From positions 1 to 38,908 of the IMG/VR virus record IMGVR_UViG_3300005512_000106: a DNA stretch of 38,908 nucleotides; one strand, 5' to 3'. This document shows, piece by piece, positions 17,647-26,487 of the stretch (its first letter is position 1; the number at the start of each line of letters is the position of its first letter). The position numbers and the translations under genes are program-made. The notes below the pieces were generated by a model. The model did no database searches, was not told where the DNA came from, and saw nothing but the letters and a program-made list of their open reading frames with translations. The stretch comes from a virus (Duplodnaviria; Caudoviricetes).

Positions 17647-18783
17647 TCAGGCTCCCAATAGAGGCAATGTGCTGCCGCGGCCGGCTGGTAGCTCTATCTC
17701 AAGGTAGGGCGCGTTGACCCCGGATGACGCGAACAGGAAGCCAAAAAGCTCGACGATGGCGGGCTTGTTATCGTCCCAGTCGTGGCCCTCCATGAAGCCG
17801 ACGTCGAAGTCGGTGGTCTGCGCCCAGTGGTTGCCGATGTTCAGGGCGACGTTGTAGACGCTCGTGGCCCCAACCTGGGTGAGTTGGCCGATCTGGTTGG
17901 AGCCGGTCCCGTGGCCGGTGAGGATGTCGCCGTAGTCGTCGTTGTCGTGGAAGTCGTTGCCGGCCGTGAAATCGCAGCGGGTTCCGTAGATCGTCCCGTT
18001 GGCATAGGTCTTGACGACGTTGAGCGTGGCTGAATCAGGCGTGCCCGCAATCCCGCTCGTGTCGAAGCGGCAGCCGGTGCGAATGATCGTGATCGGGGCC
18101 ATGCTGATACCCAAATCCTCGGCGGTGGCTATGCCGGTGGCCCAGTTGGCGTCGGCGTTGGCGGCTCCGCGCGTGCCCGCCCACGTGCGATCGTTTCGGG
18201 TGTACCCATACGTGGCCCCGTCGGCCGAGACCGTCTCAGGGTCCAGGTCGATAACAGGCATGGCCTTGGCCGACGGGCTAGCCGACAGGTCGAGCTCGAC
18301 TACCTCATCGTCGAAGTCCAGCCGCGAGTCCGGTATCGCCCGCCACTTGTCGAAGAACAGGCCGATGCGGGCCCCCTCGGGCGAGGTCGCGAGCACGAAC
18401 CCGTCGGCAGCGCGACGGACACCACGGGATGTCTCGATGCGGTATCGCAGGCCGCGGGGGGCCTTGGCTGCCTCCAGGACGTGCCCGACCATCCACGAGT
18501 TGTAGACCGTCTTGAGGATTGCCCGCGCGTACTGCTCGCGGGGAGTACGCGAGATCAGGGCCATCAGCGTGTCGCGGAAGCCCCTGGTCCACTCCGGCCA
18601 GATGCGGATCCACTGCCCATAGGCGGCGACGGTGAAGCCTAGATCGTCCTCTGCGTACTGGACGCGGACAACTTCCTCTATGGGCCGGAAGGGCTCCGAG
18701 ACCGTCCCGAAGAATCGCGGGGCGGAATGCAGCCGGAACCCCTTGGCGGTTCGCCCGAGGAAGCAACTGTTGGTGGGGATCAT
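17647..18783 (-). CDS. Putative structural protein (beta-rich C-terminal domain)
   Basis: In the virion operon; C-terminal half resembles beta-sandwich virion domains (RFDTSGI...SATLNV...PYLEI). Confidence 0.55.
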   Translation of the reverse strand: MIPTNSCFLGRTAKGFRLHSAPRFFGTVSEPFRPIEEVVRVQYAEDDLGFTVAAYGQWIRIWPEWTRGFRDTLMALISRTPREQYARAILKTVYNSWMVGHVLEAAKAPRGLRYRIETSRGVRRAADGFVLATSPEGARIGLFFDKWRAIPDSRLDFDDEVVELDLSASPSAKAMPVIDLDPETVSADGATYGYTRNDRTWAGTRGAANADANWATGIATAEDLGISMAPITIIRTGCRFDTSGIAGTPDSATLNVVKTYANGTIYGTRCDFTAGNDFHDNDDYGDILTGHGTGSNQIGQLTQVGATSVYNVALNIGNHWAQTTDFDVGFMEGHDWDDNKPAIVELFGFLFASSGVNAPYLEIELPAGRGSTLPLLGA

Positions 18784-19154
18784 GCCCAGGTCGCCGGGTC
18801 CACGATGGCGTAGCCGACGCTCCCGTCACCCGTGCCGCTTGCCGTCGCCATCGTCAGCGTGACGCCCTTGCCGGCTGGAACCTTGAGCCACGGCATCCGG
18901 GGATTGCCGCTCGAGTTCTTGGAGAACCCGGAGCTAGCGAGAATCGGCATGTTCCCAGTGAGCGCGGTACCGTCGCTGTCCTTGAACTGCCCGGTGCAGT
19001 CCGCGCCGACCAGCAACAGGCAATCGTAGATCCAGATGGCCTTGGTAGCGTCGGAGGGCGCGGCAATGATCGCGGTCGCGGCTTCGGCTGGGACATCAAT
19101 CTCGTCCGTGTGGTAGTCGAGGCCGACGCCGATGTCTACAGGGGTACCCTTCAT
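18780..19154 (-). CDS. Putative small structural protein
   Basis: AAGGAG RBS before ATG 19154; beta-rich; ATGA overlap with the next gene. Confidence 0.6.
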   Translation of the reverse strand: MKGTPVDIGVGLDYHTDEIDVPAEAATAIIAAPSDATKAIWIYDCLLLVGADCTGQFKDSDGTALTGNMPILASSGFSKNSSGNPRMPWLKVPAGKGVTLTMATASGTGDGSVGYAIVDPATWA

Positions 19155-19167
19155 CGTGTTCTCCTTG

Positions 19168-19494
19168 CTACGTGCTCGTATGGCCTGGCCGGAGCTTGCC
19201 TTCTCCGACGAGACAGGGGCGGTCCTCAAGGGCCTTGGCCAAGCGGTTCGTTGCCTCGGTCTGCTCAGCCGTCAACCTCGCGAGGCGTTCCTGTGCGTGG
19301 GTGCCTTCTTGGTCCTTGCGTTCAAGCACCTTGTTGGTCGCCCGCTGTTGGCGGTAGTTCTGAATGACCATGAAGCCCACAAGTGCGAGGGCCCCGAATC
19401 GCATCACCATTTCTTCCAGCATCCCGCCGCTGCCGGCGGATGCGAGTGTGCCAAGAGCGAATACAGCGAGGCAGACGCATTGGATCGTTGCCAT
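19168..19494 (-). CDS. Membrane protein with C-terminal coiled coil (holin-like candidate)
   Basis: Two hydrophobic segments followed by a charged helix; GGGAG RBS. Confidence 0.55.
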   Translation of the reverse strand: MATIQCVCLAVFALGTLASAGSGGMLEEMVMRFGALALVGFMVIQNYRQQRATNKVLERKDQEGTHAQERLARLTAEQTEATNRLAKALEDRPCLVGEGKLRPGHTST

Positions 19495-19513
19495 GGAGCA
19501 TCTCCCAAATCGC

Positions 19514-19554
19514 AAAAAACATGGGGCGCCGGGTTGGTGTACCCAGCGCCCCAT
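19514..19554 (-). terminator. Intrinsic terminator (T-phi-like position after the capsid gene cluster)
   Basis: ATGGGGCGC...GCGCCCCAT stem followed by GTTTTTT on the - strand. Confidence 0.75.
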
Positions 19555-19577
19555 CGGGGTTACTTGGAGGCGTCAGC

Positions 19578-19895
19578 CTAGACAGCTTCGTCGACCTCGA
19601 CGACCTCGGCCTCCATGATCCGCTTGACGAGTTCCACGTCGTTGCGGCCAAGGCCCTGACAGGCTTCGACCCCCGAGACCAGCAGGTTCCACTCGCCTCC
19701 TTCGAGGAGGACGGAATCCGTGGCATCGAGGATCTTCTGCCCAACCGCATTGCGCTTGAGCAGGTCCGGGCCGTTCAACTTCAAGCCCGGATTCATCAGG
19801 ATCTCACAGAGCGAGTTCCTGACATGGTACGGCACCACCCGTTCGTCCGGCAGAGTGACGTCGTAGTCGCGGAGATCAACCTTTCGTGCCTGCAT
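19578..19895 (-). CDS. Hypothetical protein
   Basis: AAAGGAACCGA leader; coherent ORF. Confidence 0.7.
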   Translation of the reverse strand: MQARKVDLRDYDVTLPDERVVPYHVRNSLCEILMNPGLKLNGPDLLKRNAVGQKILDATDSVLLEGGEWNLLVSGVEACQGLGRNDVELVKRIMEAEVVEVDEAV

Positions 19896-19923
19896 ACTCG
19901 GTTCCTTTCAGATGTGAGTGGGG

Positions 19924-20628
19924 CTAGTTCCACTCGGTTGAGACGACGGCCGGAATGTAGTACCGCGTCGCCCCGATCTTGCACGCCAGGCCAACGCTGC
20001 TGCCCGGAAGCTCGTTGAGGCTGGTGGACGAGACGGCGCTCGTGGCATCCGCAGCGGCCGTGAAGCCCTGCACCGAGAGGATGTAGGCGTCGTCGTCGAT
20101 GTTGGCCGCGCCGGTGGCGTCGCCGCTGTTGCACAGGCGCAGGACCGCGAGTTCGGTCATGCCGTCCGGGTCGGACGCATCGCCGTCAGAGTAGATCTCG
20201 AACATGCCGGCGCAGTACGTCCCGGTGGGCGCCCACGAGGCGATGTCGGGGATCTGGAGCGTGCCACGGACTGCCGCGGCCAGCCCTGAGCATTCCGAGC
20301 CGCCGGCGGTCGCCACGAAGTTGAGGCTGACGTGCGCACCATGCGCCGTGGCGACGTTGGCGTTGACGTTCGTGTAGACACGCAGTGCCTCGCCCGAAGT
20401 CGTGCCATCGGCTGCGAGCTGGAACCGCAGGTACATCCCGCGCACGTCGCCGCTGGTAGCCGAAGAAGCCAGCCGCAGTTCAGCGCCCTTGAAGCCGGTG
20501 TTGGTGCCGCCGCTGACGTAGGATGCGGACGTGCCGATGCCGAGAATGACCTCGGGATTGCCATCGGATGCCGTCTGGACGCGGACCTCGTTGCTCTTGC
20601 CGAAGTAGTGATACTCGTTGAGTGCCAT
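19924..20628 (-). CDS. Putative capsid decoration / fibre-like structural protein
   Basis: AAGGAG RBS; Ala/Gly/Ser/Thr-rich beta pattern; C-terminal GATRYYIPAV. Confidence 0.55.
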   Translation of the reverse strand: MALNEYHYFGKSNEVRVQTASDGNPEVILGIGTSASYVSGGTNTGFKGAELRLASSATSGDVRGMYLRFQLAADGTTSGEALRVYTNVNANVATAHGAHVSLNFVATAGGSECSGLAAAVRGTLQIPDIASWAPTGTYCAGMFEIYSDGDASDPDGMTELAVLRLCNSGDATGAANIDDDAYILSVQGFTAAADATSAVSSTSLNELPGSSVGLACKIGATRYYIPAVVSTEWN

Positions 20629-20674
20629 TGTGCATCTCCTTCATTTGGCGGATGCCTGCTGCGGCGGAAGCCGC

Positions 20675-20869
20675 CTAGGGCACGTCGTCAAACGTGGTTG
20701 TTGAGGCGTCGGTCAGTAGTGCCAGATCAGTGTTGACGATCCGGCGTGCGAGGTTGTAGTACCCCGGTGCCTGGCCGGCCACCCTCTTGAGTTCGGCGAG
20801 CAGATCGGCCTTGCCGGTCGATCCGGACGCCTCAAAGTAGGGGTAGCCCGCTTCATCGTTGTGAGCCAT
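20675..20869 (-). CDS. Small hypothetical protein downstream of the capsid gene
   Basis: AGGAG RBS. Confidence 0.6.
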   Translation of the reverse strand: MAHNDEAGYPYFEASGSTGKADLLAELKRVAGQAPGYYNLARRIVNTDLALLTDASTTTFDDVP

Positions 20870-20896
20870 GGGGATCTCCTGTCTGAACTCACGGCT

Positions 20897-20918
20897 GGAC
20901 GGGGCCGAAGCCCCGCCC
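20897..20918 (-). terminator. UUCG hairpin after the capsid gene
   Basis: GGGCGGGGC-TTCG-GCCCCGTCC; no U tract, so possibly an mRNA-stability element. Confidence 0.45.
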
Positions 20919-20957
20919 TACCGAGAGTCCCGGATTGGAGGCTGGTATGGTTGCGGC

Positions 20958-21947
20958 TTACTGGAGCACAAGCTCGCCGCAGGCTTCCTTGCGGAGCCAC
21001 TTGGAGCCCTGCCAGACCTTCGCACCCGTGTACCACCCGTGCTTCGTGTCCTGCCACGCGGGAGCAATGGCGCGAACGCCGCCCATGGCGGTGAGTTGGC
21101 CGACAGCTTCGGCGTCGCCGATGAACTGCGCGGCCACCTTGCTGAAATCGGCCCGGTACTGGCTGGGCAGCGCCGTGTTGGCCGAGTCGTCGGCGCTGGG
21201 CAGGTTGTTCGTCTTCTCGATGACGAAGCCCTCGCACTCGACCATCCTGCGAGAGATCAGGTCGTTGACGCCCTGGTAGTCCCGGCTCAGCAGCGTCTTA
21301 TCACAGAGCAGGACGCGGGTGAGGTACGGGCTCAGGAACGCAACCCGGTTGGCGTCAGAGATGTGACGCTCATCGAACTCCTGAGCCATCTCGGCGAACA
21401 CCGTCTGGAGCTTGATCGAGCCGGTGAGGGTCGCCGGGTAGGCCGCGGTGATGGCCCCGGCATCGGCAGCCGTGATGACGTGGCCACCGATGAACAGGTC
21501 TGCCCCGGAGCCGGCATCGGCCACGCGAGCGCCGATGGAGATCATCCGGGAGAGTCGCTGGTCAACCTGATCGGCACACGCCAAGCCGTGCTGATTGGCG
21601 TAGGTCTGGCGGGAACTGATGTGGTTGACGAAATCGTCAGCCTCATCGAGGAACTCGTCACTGATAAGCTGGTAGTCGTCCAGCGTGATGAGCCTTTCCT
21701 CGTTCTGGGGCTGGTTGCTGCCGACGCGATCGACGCCGGGGACGAGGTTCTCGGCCTCGGCCCGAGCGATCGCCGGGAACTGCTTGCTGCGCCCGTTGGT
21801 GATCGGCATCGACATGACGTGACGGGCGAACACGAGGAACTTCTCGTAAGCCGCCAGCACCATGCCGGAATACTGAGTGAGGGCCAGGGCGACGGTATCG
21901 CCCGTGCCGTACTCTTGCAGCGTTCGGTGGACAACCATGTTTGGCAT
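20958..21947 (-). CDS. Major capsid protein (T7 gp10-like)
   Basis: ITNGRSKQFP, ERLITLDD, GFVIEKTNNLP motifs; AAGGAG RBS before ATG 21947. Confidence 0.93.
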   Translation of the reverse strand: MPNMVVHRTLQEYGTGDTVALALTQYSGMVLAAYEKFLVFARHVMSMPITNGRSKQFPAIARAEAENLVPGVDRVGSNQPQNEERLITLDDYQLISDEFLDEADDFVNHISSRQTYANQHGLACADQVDQRLSRMISIGARVADAGSGADLFIGGHVITAADAGAITAAYPATLTGSIKLQTVFAEMAQEFDERHISDANRVAFLSPYLTRVLLCDKTLLSRDYQGVNDLISRRMVECEGFVIEKTNNLPSADDSANTALPSQYRADFSKVAAQFIGDAEAVGQLTAMGGVRAIAPAWQDTKHGWYTGAKVWQGSKWLRKEACGELVLQ

Positions 21948-22182
21948 GGGAATGCTCCTTGGGTGTGAGTAGCAAAGACCTTGGGGAATCGAGGGGTTCG
22001 GTCTGCTCACGCCCAGGAGTTATCGGGGGGCCGGCCGGGGGCCGCGGTGCGCGGATTGTCCGGTGAGGCGTCCGGGCTGCTGATGCGGGGGAAGGACCGG
22101 GAGCAGGTGAGGCGTAGCCTCGGAAGGTCGTTTCTCACCTACCCCCTGGAACCGACTGGTGCCGGATACTCGTGAGGGGGTG

Positions 22183-22962
22183 CTACTTGCGCGGCTTGGG
22201 CCGCTGTGCGATGTGGATGGCCACATCGGATTCGGTGATGGTGGGTTCCGCGTGCTGGACTTCGGTCAGGTCTACCCCGCTCCGCTCGGCCAGGAATACC
22301 GCCTTCTTGGTCGCTGACGGCTGTGTCGGCTCCGGGCTGGGCTCGGCCGGTTCCGGCTCGGCCCCAGGCGGCGGGGTGACGGTATCATCCGCAGGGCTGG
22401 GGGCCTCAGCCGGGGGCGGGCCGATGTGCAGCAGGTCGCGGCCGTCGTGAGGGGCGACAGGCGACGGCTCGCTGGCCGGTACGGGCATCGGAGGCTCGAG
22501 GAGGTCTGTCGGGGTGTCCGACTCGTCCGGGGTCTCTACGAGGCTTGCAGGCTCTTCGAGGGCCGGCTTTGGCGCGGTCGCGATGCCGGCCGAAGGGATT
22601 GCCGCGGCCAAGGGAGTCTTGACCCGGCTGCGCCAGTGCGGGGTCGTCGCAGCCAGGCCGTTCGCGTCGGCCCACGCCGTAACCGCAGCGTTGAGTTGCT
22701 CCTGAGTCGTGGCGCCCACCTGATTGAGGTACCCCAGGAAGCCGATGATGGCCTCGCGGGGATTGAGAGCCAGTGAGGCGACAACTGAGCCGGTGTACTC
22801 GTCAGCCTTCTTACGGACGGCTTCCTCGCTGTGGCCGTAGAATACTGCCTCCAGCATGTGCGTCTTGCGGCTGACCAAGCTGCCGTTCCAGATGCCGTTA
22901 GGCCCGCGGACGGCGGTGAAGTTGTACAGCGGTGCGGATGCTGGGTCTTGTGCGGGTGCCAT
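22183..22962 (-). CDS. Protein with Pro/Ala/Glu linker and C-terminal E3-binding (PSBD)-like domain
   Basis: ATKKAVFLAERSGVDLTEV...ITESDV resembles the ATPxARxLAxExGIDLxxV...ITxxDV pattern. Confidence 0.6.
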   Translation of the reverse strand: MAPAQDPASAPLYNFTAVRGPNGIWNGSLVSRKTHMLEAVFYGHSEEAVRKKADEYTGSVVASLALNPREAIIGFLGYLNQVGATTQEQLNAAVTAWADANGLAATTPHWRSRVKTPLAAAIPSAGIATAPKPALEEPASLVETPDESDTPTDLLEPPMPVPASEPSPVAPHDGRDLLHIGPPPAEAPSPADDTVTPPPGAEPEPAEPSPEPTQPSATKKAVFLAERSGVDLTEVQHAEPTITESDVAIHIAQRPKPRK

Positions 22963-22999
22963 GGTTCGGTTCCTTTCGAGGGCGGTCTATCGTGGGCCT

Positions 23000-23818
23000 C
23001 TACCGACGAGGCAACGTGGCGGGGTCGGGGCTGGCCATGAGTCGCTGATTGTGCGCGGCACGAGCCTTGGGGTCGGTGCGGACCTCGTTGCTGTTCTCGG
23101 CCGCGATGATCTGGGCCTGCGTGGTGTACGGCTCGACGCCGGCGGCTACGCCTTCGCCCTCGATCAGCACGTTCGCCTTGCCGGCCTTGACGGCCTCAGC
23201 ATGGCGGGCGAGCAGGGCGTTCACGGTATCCTTGGTCTTGAGGGGGTTGTTGATGTCCGCCGTGAACAGGGCGGCCTCCTCCGGGGATACTGCGGCTCCG
23301 GCCCACGCGAGCAGATTGGCGAGCTTGTCCTTGCCGCCGGCCGCAGCTTCGGCCGTGGAGTTGACCTGGGCAGAGCGATGCTTCTGATCGCGAGCGGTCA
23401 ACTCGAGGAATTGATTGACGACGCCGGGAGGGTAGCCCACGGCTTCGAGCTTTTGGTACGCTTCCTGATCGAGGGTGCCCTTCTCGGCCCACTGCTGGCC
23501 AAGAGCGGCGGGGTCCAGACCCGCAGCGACGATCACCTGATCGACGCCGGCATCCGCCGACAGGGTCGTAGGCGGCGCAGGCGTCACCGCCAATTCGCCA
23601 GCCGCGGGCTTTGGGGGCGGGGTCGTGAGTTCGGTGATCCGACGCCGCGCGTCCTTGTGGCTCTGCGCCAGCGCCTCGGCGTTGACGGCGCCCTTCTCGG
23701 CGTCCCAGAACTTCTCCTCGCACCAATCAGGGCGGGCGGGCGGTGTCGCGGGCGGGTCCACAGGCGGGTCCGTCACAGGTGGGTCCACTGCGGGCGGGGT
23801 TACGGGATCTTCTGCCAT
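23000..23818 (-). CDS. Capsid scaffolding protein (T7 gp9-like)
   Basis: RPDWCEEKF, AYQKLEAVGYP, AAGGKDKLANLLAWA; lies after the portal gene. Confidence 0.88.
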   Translation of the reverse strand: MAEDPVTPPAVDPPVTDPPVDPPATPPARPDWCEEKFWDAEKGAVNAEALAQSHKDARRRITELTTPPPKPAAGELAVTPAPPTTLSADAGVDQVIVAAGLDPAALGQQWAEKGTLDQEAYQKLEAVGYPPGVVNQFLELTARDQKHRSAQVNSTAEAAAGGKDKLANLLAWAGAAVSPEEAALFTADINNPLKTKDTVNALLARHAEAVKAGKANVLIEGEGVAAGVEPYTTQAQIIAAENSNEVRTDPKARAAHNQRLMASPDPATLPRR

Positions 23819-23840
23819 GGTTCGGTTCCTTTCGTGCGGC

Positions 23841-25367
23841 CTACGCCGCGCTGTTCTCGGCGATCGCTCCGATGCTCTTGATCGCCTGCTCACTGGCAGC
23901 CGTGTCGAGACCGGCCTGCCGCTGCTTCTCCAACTCGGCTTCGAGTTCTTCCGGCGTCTTGATGAGTTCCGGCGTATTGATCCCCAAGAGGCGCAGGATG
24001 CGGTCGGCGAGAAGCTCGAACTTGATACGCTGCATCGCTCCGGGGATCGGGCCGAGAACCTGCATAGCAAGCAGCAGCCGGTCCAGTTCCGCTTGCCGAC
24101 GAAGGGCCTCGATGCCGGTGAGGATGGACAGTTCGTGGGCCTTGGCGTTGGCGGGCAGCGGCACGAGCAGCTTGTCGCGCTCCATCTGCCAGATAACTCG
24201 ATTGAGGAAGGGCTTTTGTATCTCCTCGGCGATGTGCGTGTAGACACCCCCCAAGGCGCCCTCGAGTTCCCGTGCGATCCGCATGATCTGGGCGGCGGTG
24301 ACTCGCTCGCCCGTTGGCTGGGCCGAGGATTCAAGCAGCATCGCCTTGGCCAGTCGCTTCTCGATCATCTGCGAGTAGGTCATGGCGACGGAAATGTCGT
24401 TGTGCTTGTTGGACTGGAGGAAGCCGATGCCGTTGGGGGTGCTGCCGTCAACCCGCCCGGCGCGAGGCTGGCCGTTCGGAGAGGTCAAGTCCGCCGTCGT
24501 CCAGCCCTTTGCGGGGTCATAGACGGGGACGAGCCGGGCCGCGGCGATGGTGAGGTCCAGAATCGCACCGGCCAGACCATTGAAGCTCCGCAGGTCGCCG
24601 AGGCGGGCCTCTACAAAGCCGCGGGAGTAGTCCTCCCCGGCCAGCTCCCGATAGCCCACGGAGAAGAAGGGGCTCACCGGCTCCTCGGACGTCTTGACCT
24701 GGTGCTCGTTGATCTCCTGCGTGATGACCCAGCTACCCCCCCGCTGCCACTCGGCCTTCGTGTAGAGGCTCTGAATGCGATCGGCCGGCTCGCCGGCCAT
24801 GAGCTTCTCCCGGTCGAGGGCTGCCGCTGCGATGGTCTCATCCGGCAGGCTCGTGACGTCAACCTGCTCGGAGGCGATCACCCAGGACAGCCGCCCCCCG
24901 GCACGCCGCTGGACGTACTGATCGAAGCGGAAGGTCTTGAGCATGTAGTCGCGGGTCAGGAAGGCCAGGGAGTTGCCGGCCACCATGACGTTCTCGAGGA
25001 CTGCTCGCTGGGCGATGCGGTAGTTCGTGTCGTCAAGCTTAGACTCGATCAGCAGGTCGCGGGCGAGGAGCGTGGCCTTGAACGCCTCCATGTCCTCCGG
25101 GCTGAGGTCGCTCGTGCGGGCCTGAGCCGAGGGAACCGTCGACCACCAGGGCGTCCCGGTCGGGAACAGTGAGCCGACCAGCTTGCCGACAAGGTTCTCG
25201 ATCCCGCTCGACCCGAGCGATTGGTAGGGCTGCAAGATCGTGTCCGTGCCCTTGGTGTTCTCCTCCGGCAAGACCCACGGAATCGTGAAGGCGGCGCACT
25301 CGCGGACCCTCTCGGTGACGTTGGCCCGCTTGGCGTCCTGGGCCTCGAATTCGGCCTTGAGGGTCAC
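23841..25367 (-). CDS. Portal / head-to-tail connector (T7 gp8-like)
   Basis: PYQSLGSSGIENLVGKL...LFP, GEDYSRGFVE, ERVTAAQI motifs. Confidence 0.95.
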   Translation of the reverse strand: MTLKAEFEAQDAKRANVTERVRECAAFTIPWVLPEENTKGTDTILQPYQSLGSSGIENLVGKLVGSLFPTGTPWWSTVPSAQARTSDLSPEDMEAFKATLLARDLLIESKLDDTNYRIAQRAVLENVMVAGNSLAFLTRDYMLKTFRFDQYVQRRAGGRLSWVIASEQVDVTSLPDETIAAAALDREKLMAGEPADRIQSLYTKAEWQRGGSWVITQEINEHQVKTSEEPVSPFFSVGYRELAGEDYSRGFVEARLGDLRSFNGLAGAILDLTIAAARLVPVYDPAKGWTTADLTSPNGQPRAGRVDGSTPNGIGFLQSNKHNDISVAMTYSQMIEKRLAKAMLLESSAQPTGERVTAAQIMRIARELEGALGGVYTHIAEEIQKPFLNRVIWQMERDKLLVPLPANAKAHELSILTGIEALRRQAELDRLLLAMQVLGPIPGAMQRIKFELLADRILRLLGINTPELIKTPEELEAELEKQRQAGLDTAASEQAIKSIGAIAENSAA

Positions 25368-25582
25368 GCCGGCCCGCCGATCCGCAGTCCGCCGGTCGGC
25401 GCCGCTGCGACGCCCGGATTGGACATAGGCTTGATGACGAGCGATTGCCGCCCTGCCCGCTGAGCCTCGAGGCTCTTGCGTTGCCGGGCGAGTTCCTCTT
25501 CGGCCTCCTCGTCGATCGGGTCAACTTCGGGCGGAGGAGGGGGTGGCTTTGGGACGCTTGGACTTCCGCCGCTGAATCCCAT
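25364..25582 (-). CDS. Small virion assembly protein (T7 gp7.3-like position)
   Basis: MG...PSVPKPPPPP...GRQSLVI...GGLRI; directly upstream of the portal gene. Confidence 0.7.
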   Translation of the reverse strand: MGFSGGSPSVPKPPPPPPEVDPIDEEAEEELARQRKSLEAQRAGRQSLVIKPMSNPGVAAAPTGGLRIGGPA

Positions 25583-25586
25583 GGGC

Positions 25587-25733
25587 TTACTTCTCCGTGA
25601 TGGTCAGGTGGAAGATCGGCTGCGCGATGTCGGCCTTGACGGAGCGGTTGGCCCCGTCCTTCTCGATCGCCACGACGCAGCCGGCGGTGAACATCGCCAG
25701 CAACAGCGCAGCAGCAAGCAGTAGCGACTTCAT
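25587..25733 (-). CDS. 48-aa lipoprotein (absent from the ORF track)
   Basis: MKSLLLAAALLLAMFTAG|CVVAIEKDG...; lipobox TAGC; AAGGAG RBS. Confidence 0.7.
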   Translation of the reverse strand: MKSLLLAAALLLAMFTAGCVVAIEKDGANRSVKADIAQPIFHLTITEK

Positions 25734-25745
25734 AGGGTGTTCTCC

Positions 25746-25952
25746 TTACTTGACGCGGTAGATGCCCACGAGCACGTCGACGAGCTCGCGCTTGCCGATG
25801 TCCGAGGCCCGGTGCAGGCGGGTGAACTCCTCGGCCATGTCCGCCACCGTGACGTCGGCGGTGACGTGCTCATCCAGCCACTTCACCAGCGACAAGGCGT
25901 CTTGCGGAATCTCGGAACCGTCGGGCATCTGCGGCGTCTGAGGCTCTGACAT
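25746..25952 (-). CDS. Small conserved pre-portal protein
   Basis: LVKWLDEH...GKRELVDVL; typical podovirus position. Confidence 0.65.
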   Translation of the reverse strand: MSEPQTPQMPDGSEIPQDALSLVKWLDEHVTADVTVADMAEEFTRLHRASDIGKRELVDVLVGIYRVK

Positions 25953-26487
25953 GGGGGTATCCTTGATCCGTCAGCCAGTCGTGCAGTTGGACGGGGGTGT
26001 AGATGCGCTCGGGGACGTCCACGCCGCCGGCCATCAGGCAGGCCAGCGTGATGCAGAGGCAATCCTCAGTCCACGGCGCAACACCGCGGCGAAGCCAGCG
26101 GTAGAACGTGGGCCAATGCCGCTTCGGCTGGCCGACGCCGTAGCCGAAGAACTCGAGATCAATGGCATGAGTGAAGGGCACGAGGAAGGCCGAATGCAGC
26201 GTGGGGTATCTGTCGAGAAACATCTCCAAGGGCCAGTAGACGTTGCCCTCGAAGGTAGGGTCTAACACGCTCGCGCCGCCGAATCCAACCGTGCAGTGAG
26301 CAATATCCGAGTGAGTCAGTACCCGGATCAGGCGGGAAAGGAACCTGTAGTACCACCGGCCGGCTTCGACGCGAGCGGTCGCAAAGAACACAGCGCCAGC
26401 GTAATCAGTCCATAGGTCGGCCCTTTCGCGTAAGTGAGTGCTGCGGCGCGGGTTACTCGTCTGTCTACGCATAGCATCATGGGTCAC
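25870..26487 (-). CDS. Permuted papain-like (NlpC/P60, YiiX/YebB-type) hydrolase candidate
   Basis: SRLIRVLTHSDIAHC (His first), later EDCLC (Cys) and IYTPVQL; GTGA overlap with the RNAP stop. Start uncertain. Confidence 0.55.
   Translation of the reverse strand: MTHDAMRRQTSNPRRSTHLRERADLWTDYAGAVFFATARVEAGRWYYRFLSRLIRVLTHSDIAHCTVGFGGASVLDPTFEGNVYWPLEMFLDRYPTLHSAFLVPFTHAIDLEFFGYGVGQPKRHWPTFYRWLRRGVAPWTEDCLCITLACLMAGGVDVPERIYTPVQLHDWLTDQGYPHVRASDAADARRFRDSARRLVAGEVAG

Noticed and set aside
8079-17661. Long + strand ORFs (8079-10547, 11741-13708, 14093-16810, 16789-17661) and similar ones elsewhere
   Set aside because: Antisense shadows of GC-rich genes whose - strand products have clear motifs.
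20940-20975. T7 gp10B-style capsid frameshift extension
   Set aside because: No slippery sequence recognised near the stop, and a hairpin follows.
26405-26445. T7-like promoter (GCACTCACTTACG) and an RBS-like ATG at 26413
   Set aside because: Single partial match with no second copy found; the ATG reads ATG GAC TGA, out of frame. No repeated phage-RNAP promoter consensus could be established by eye.
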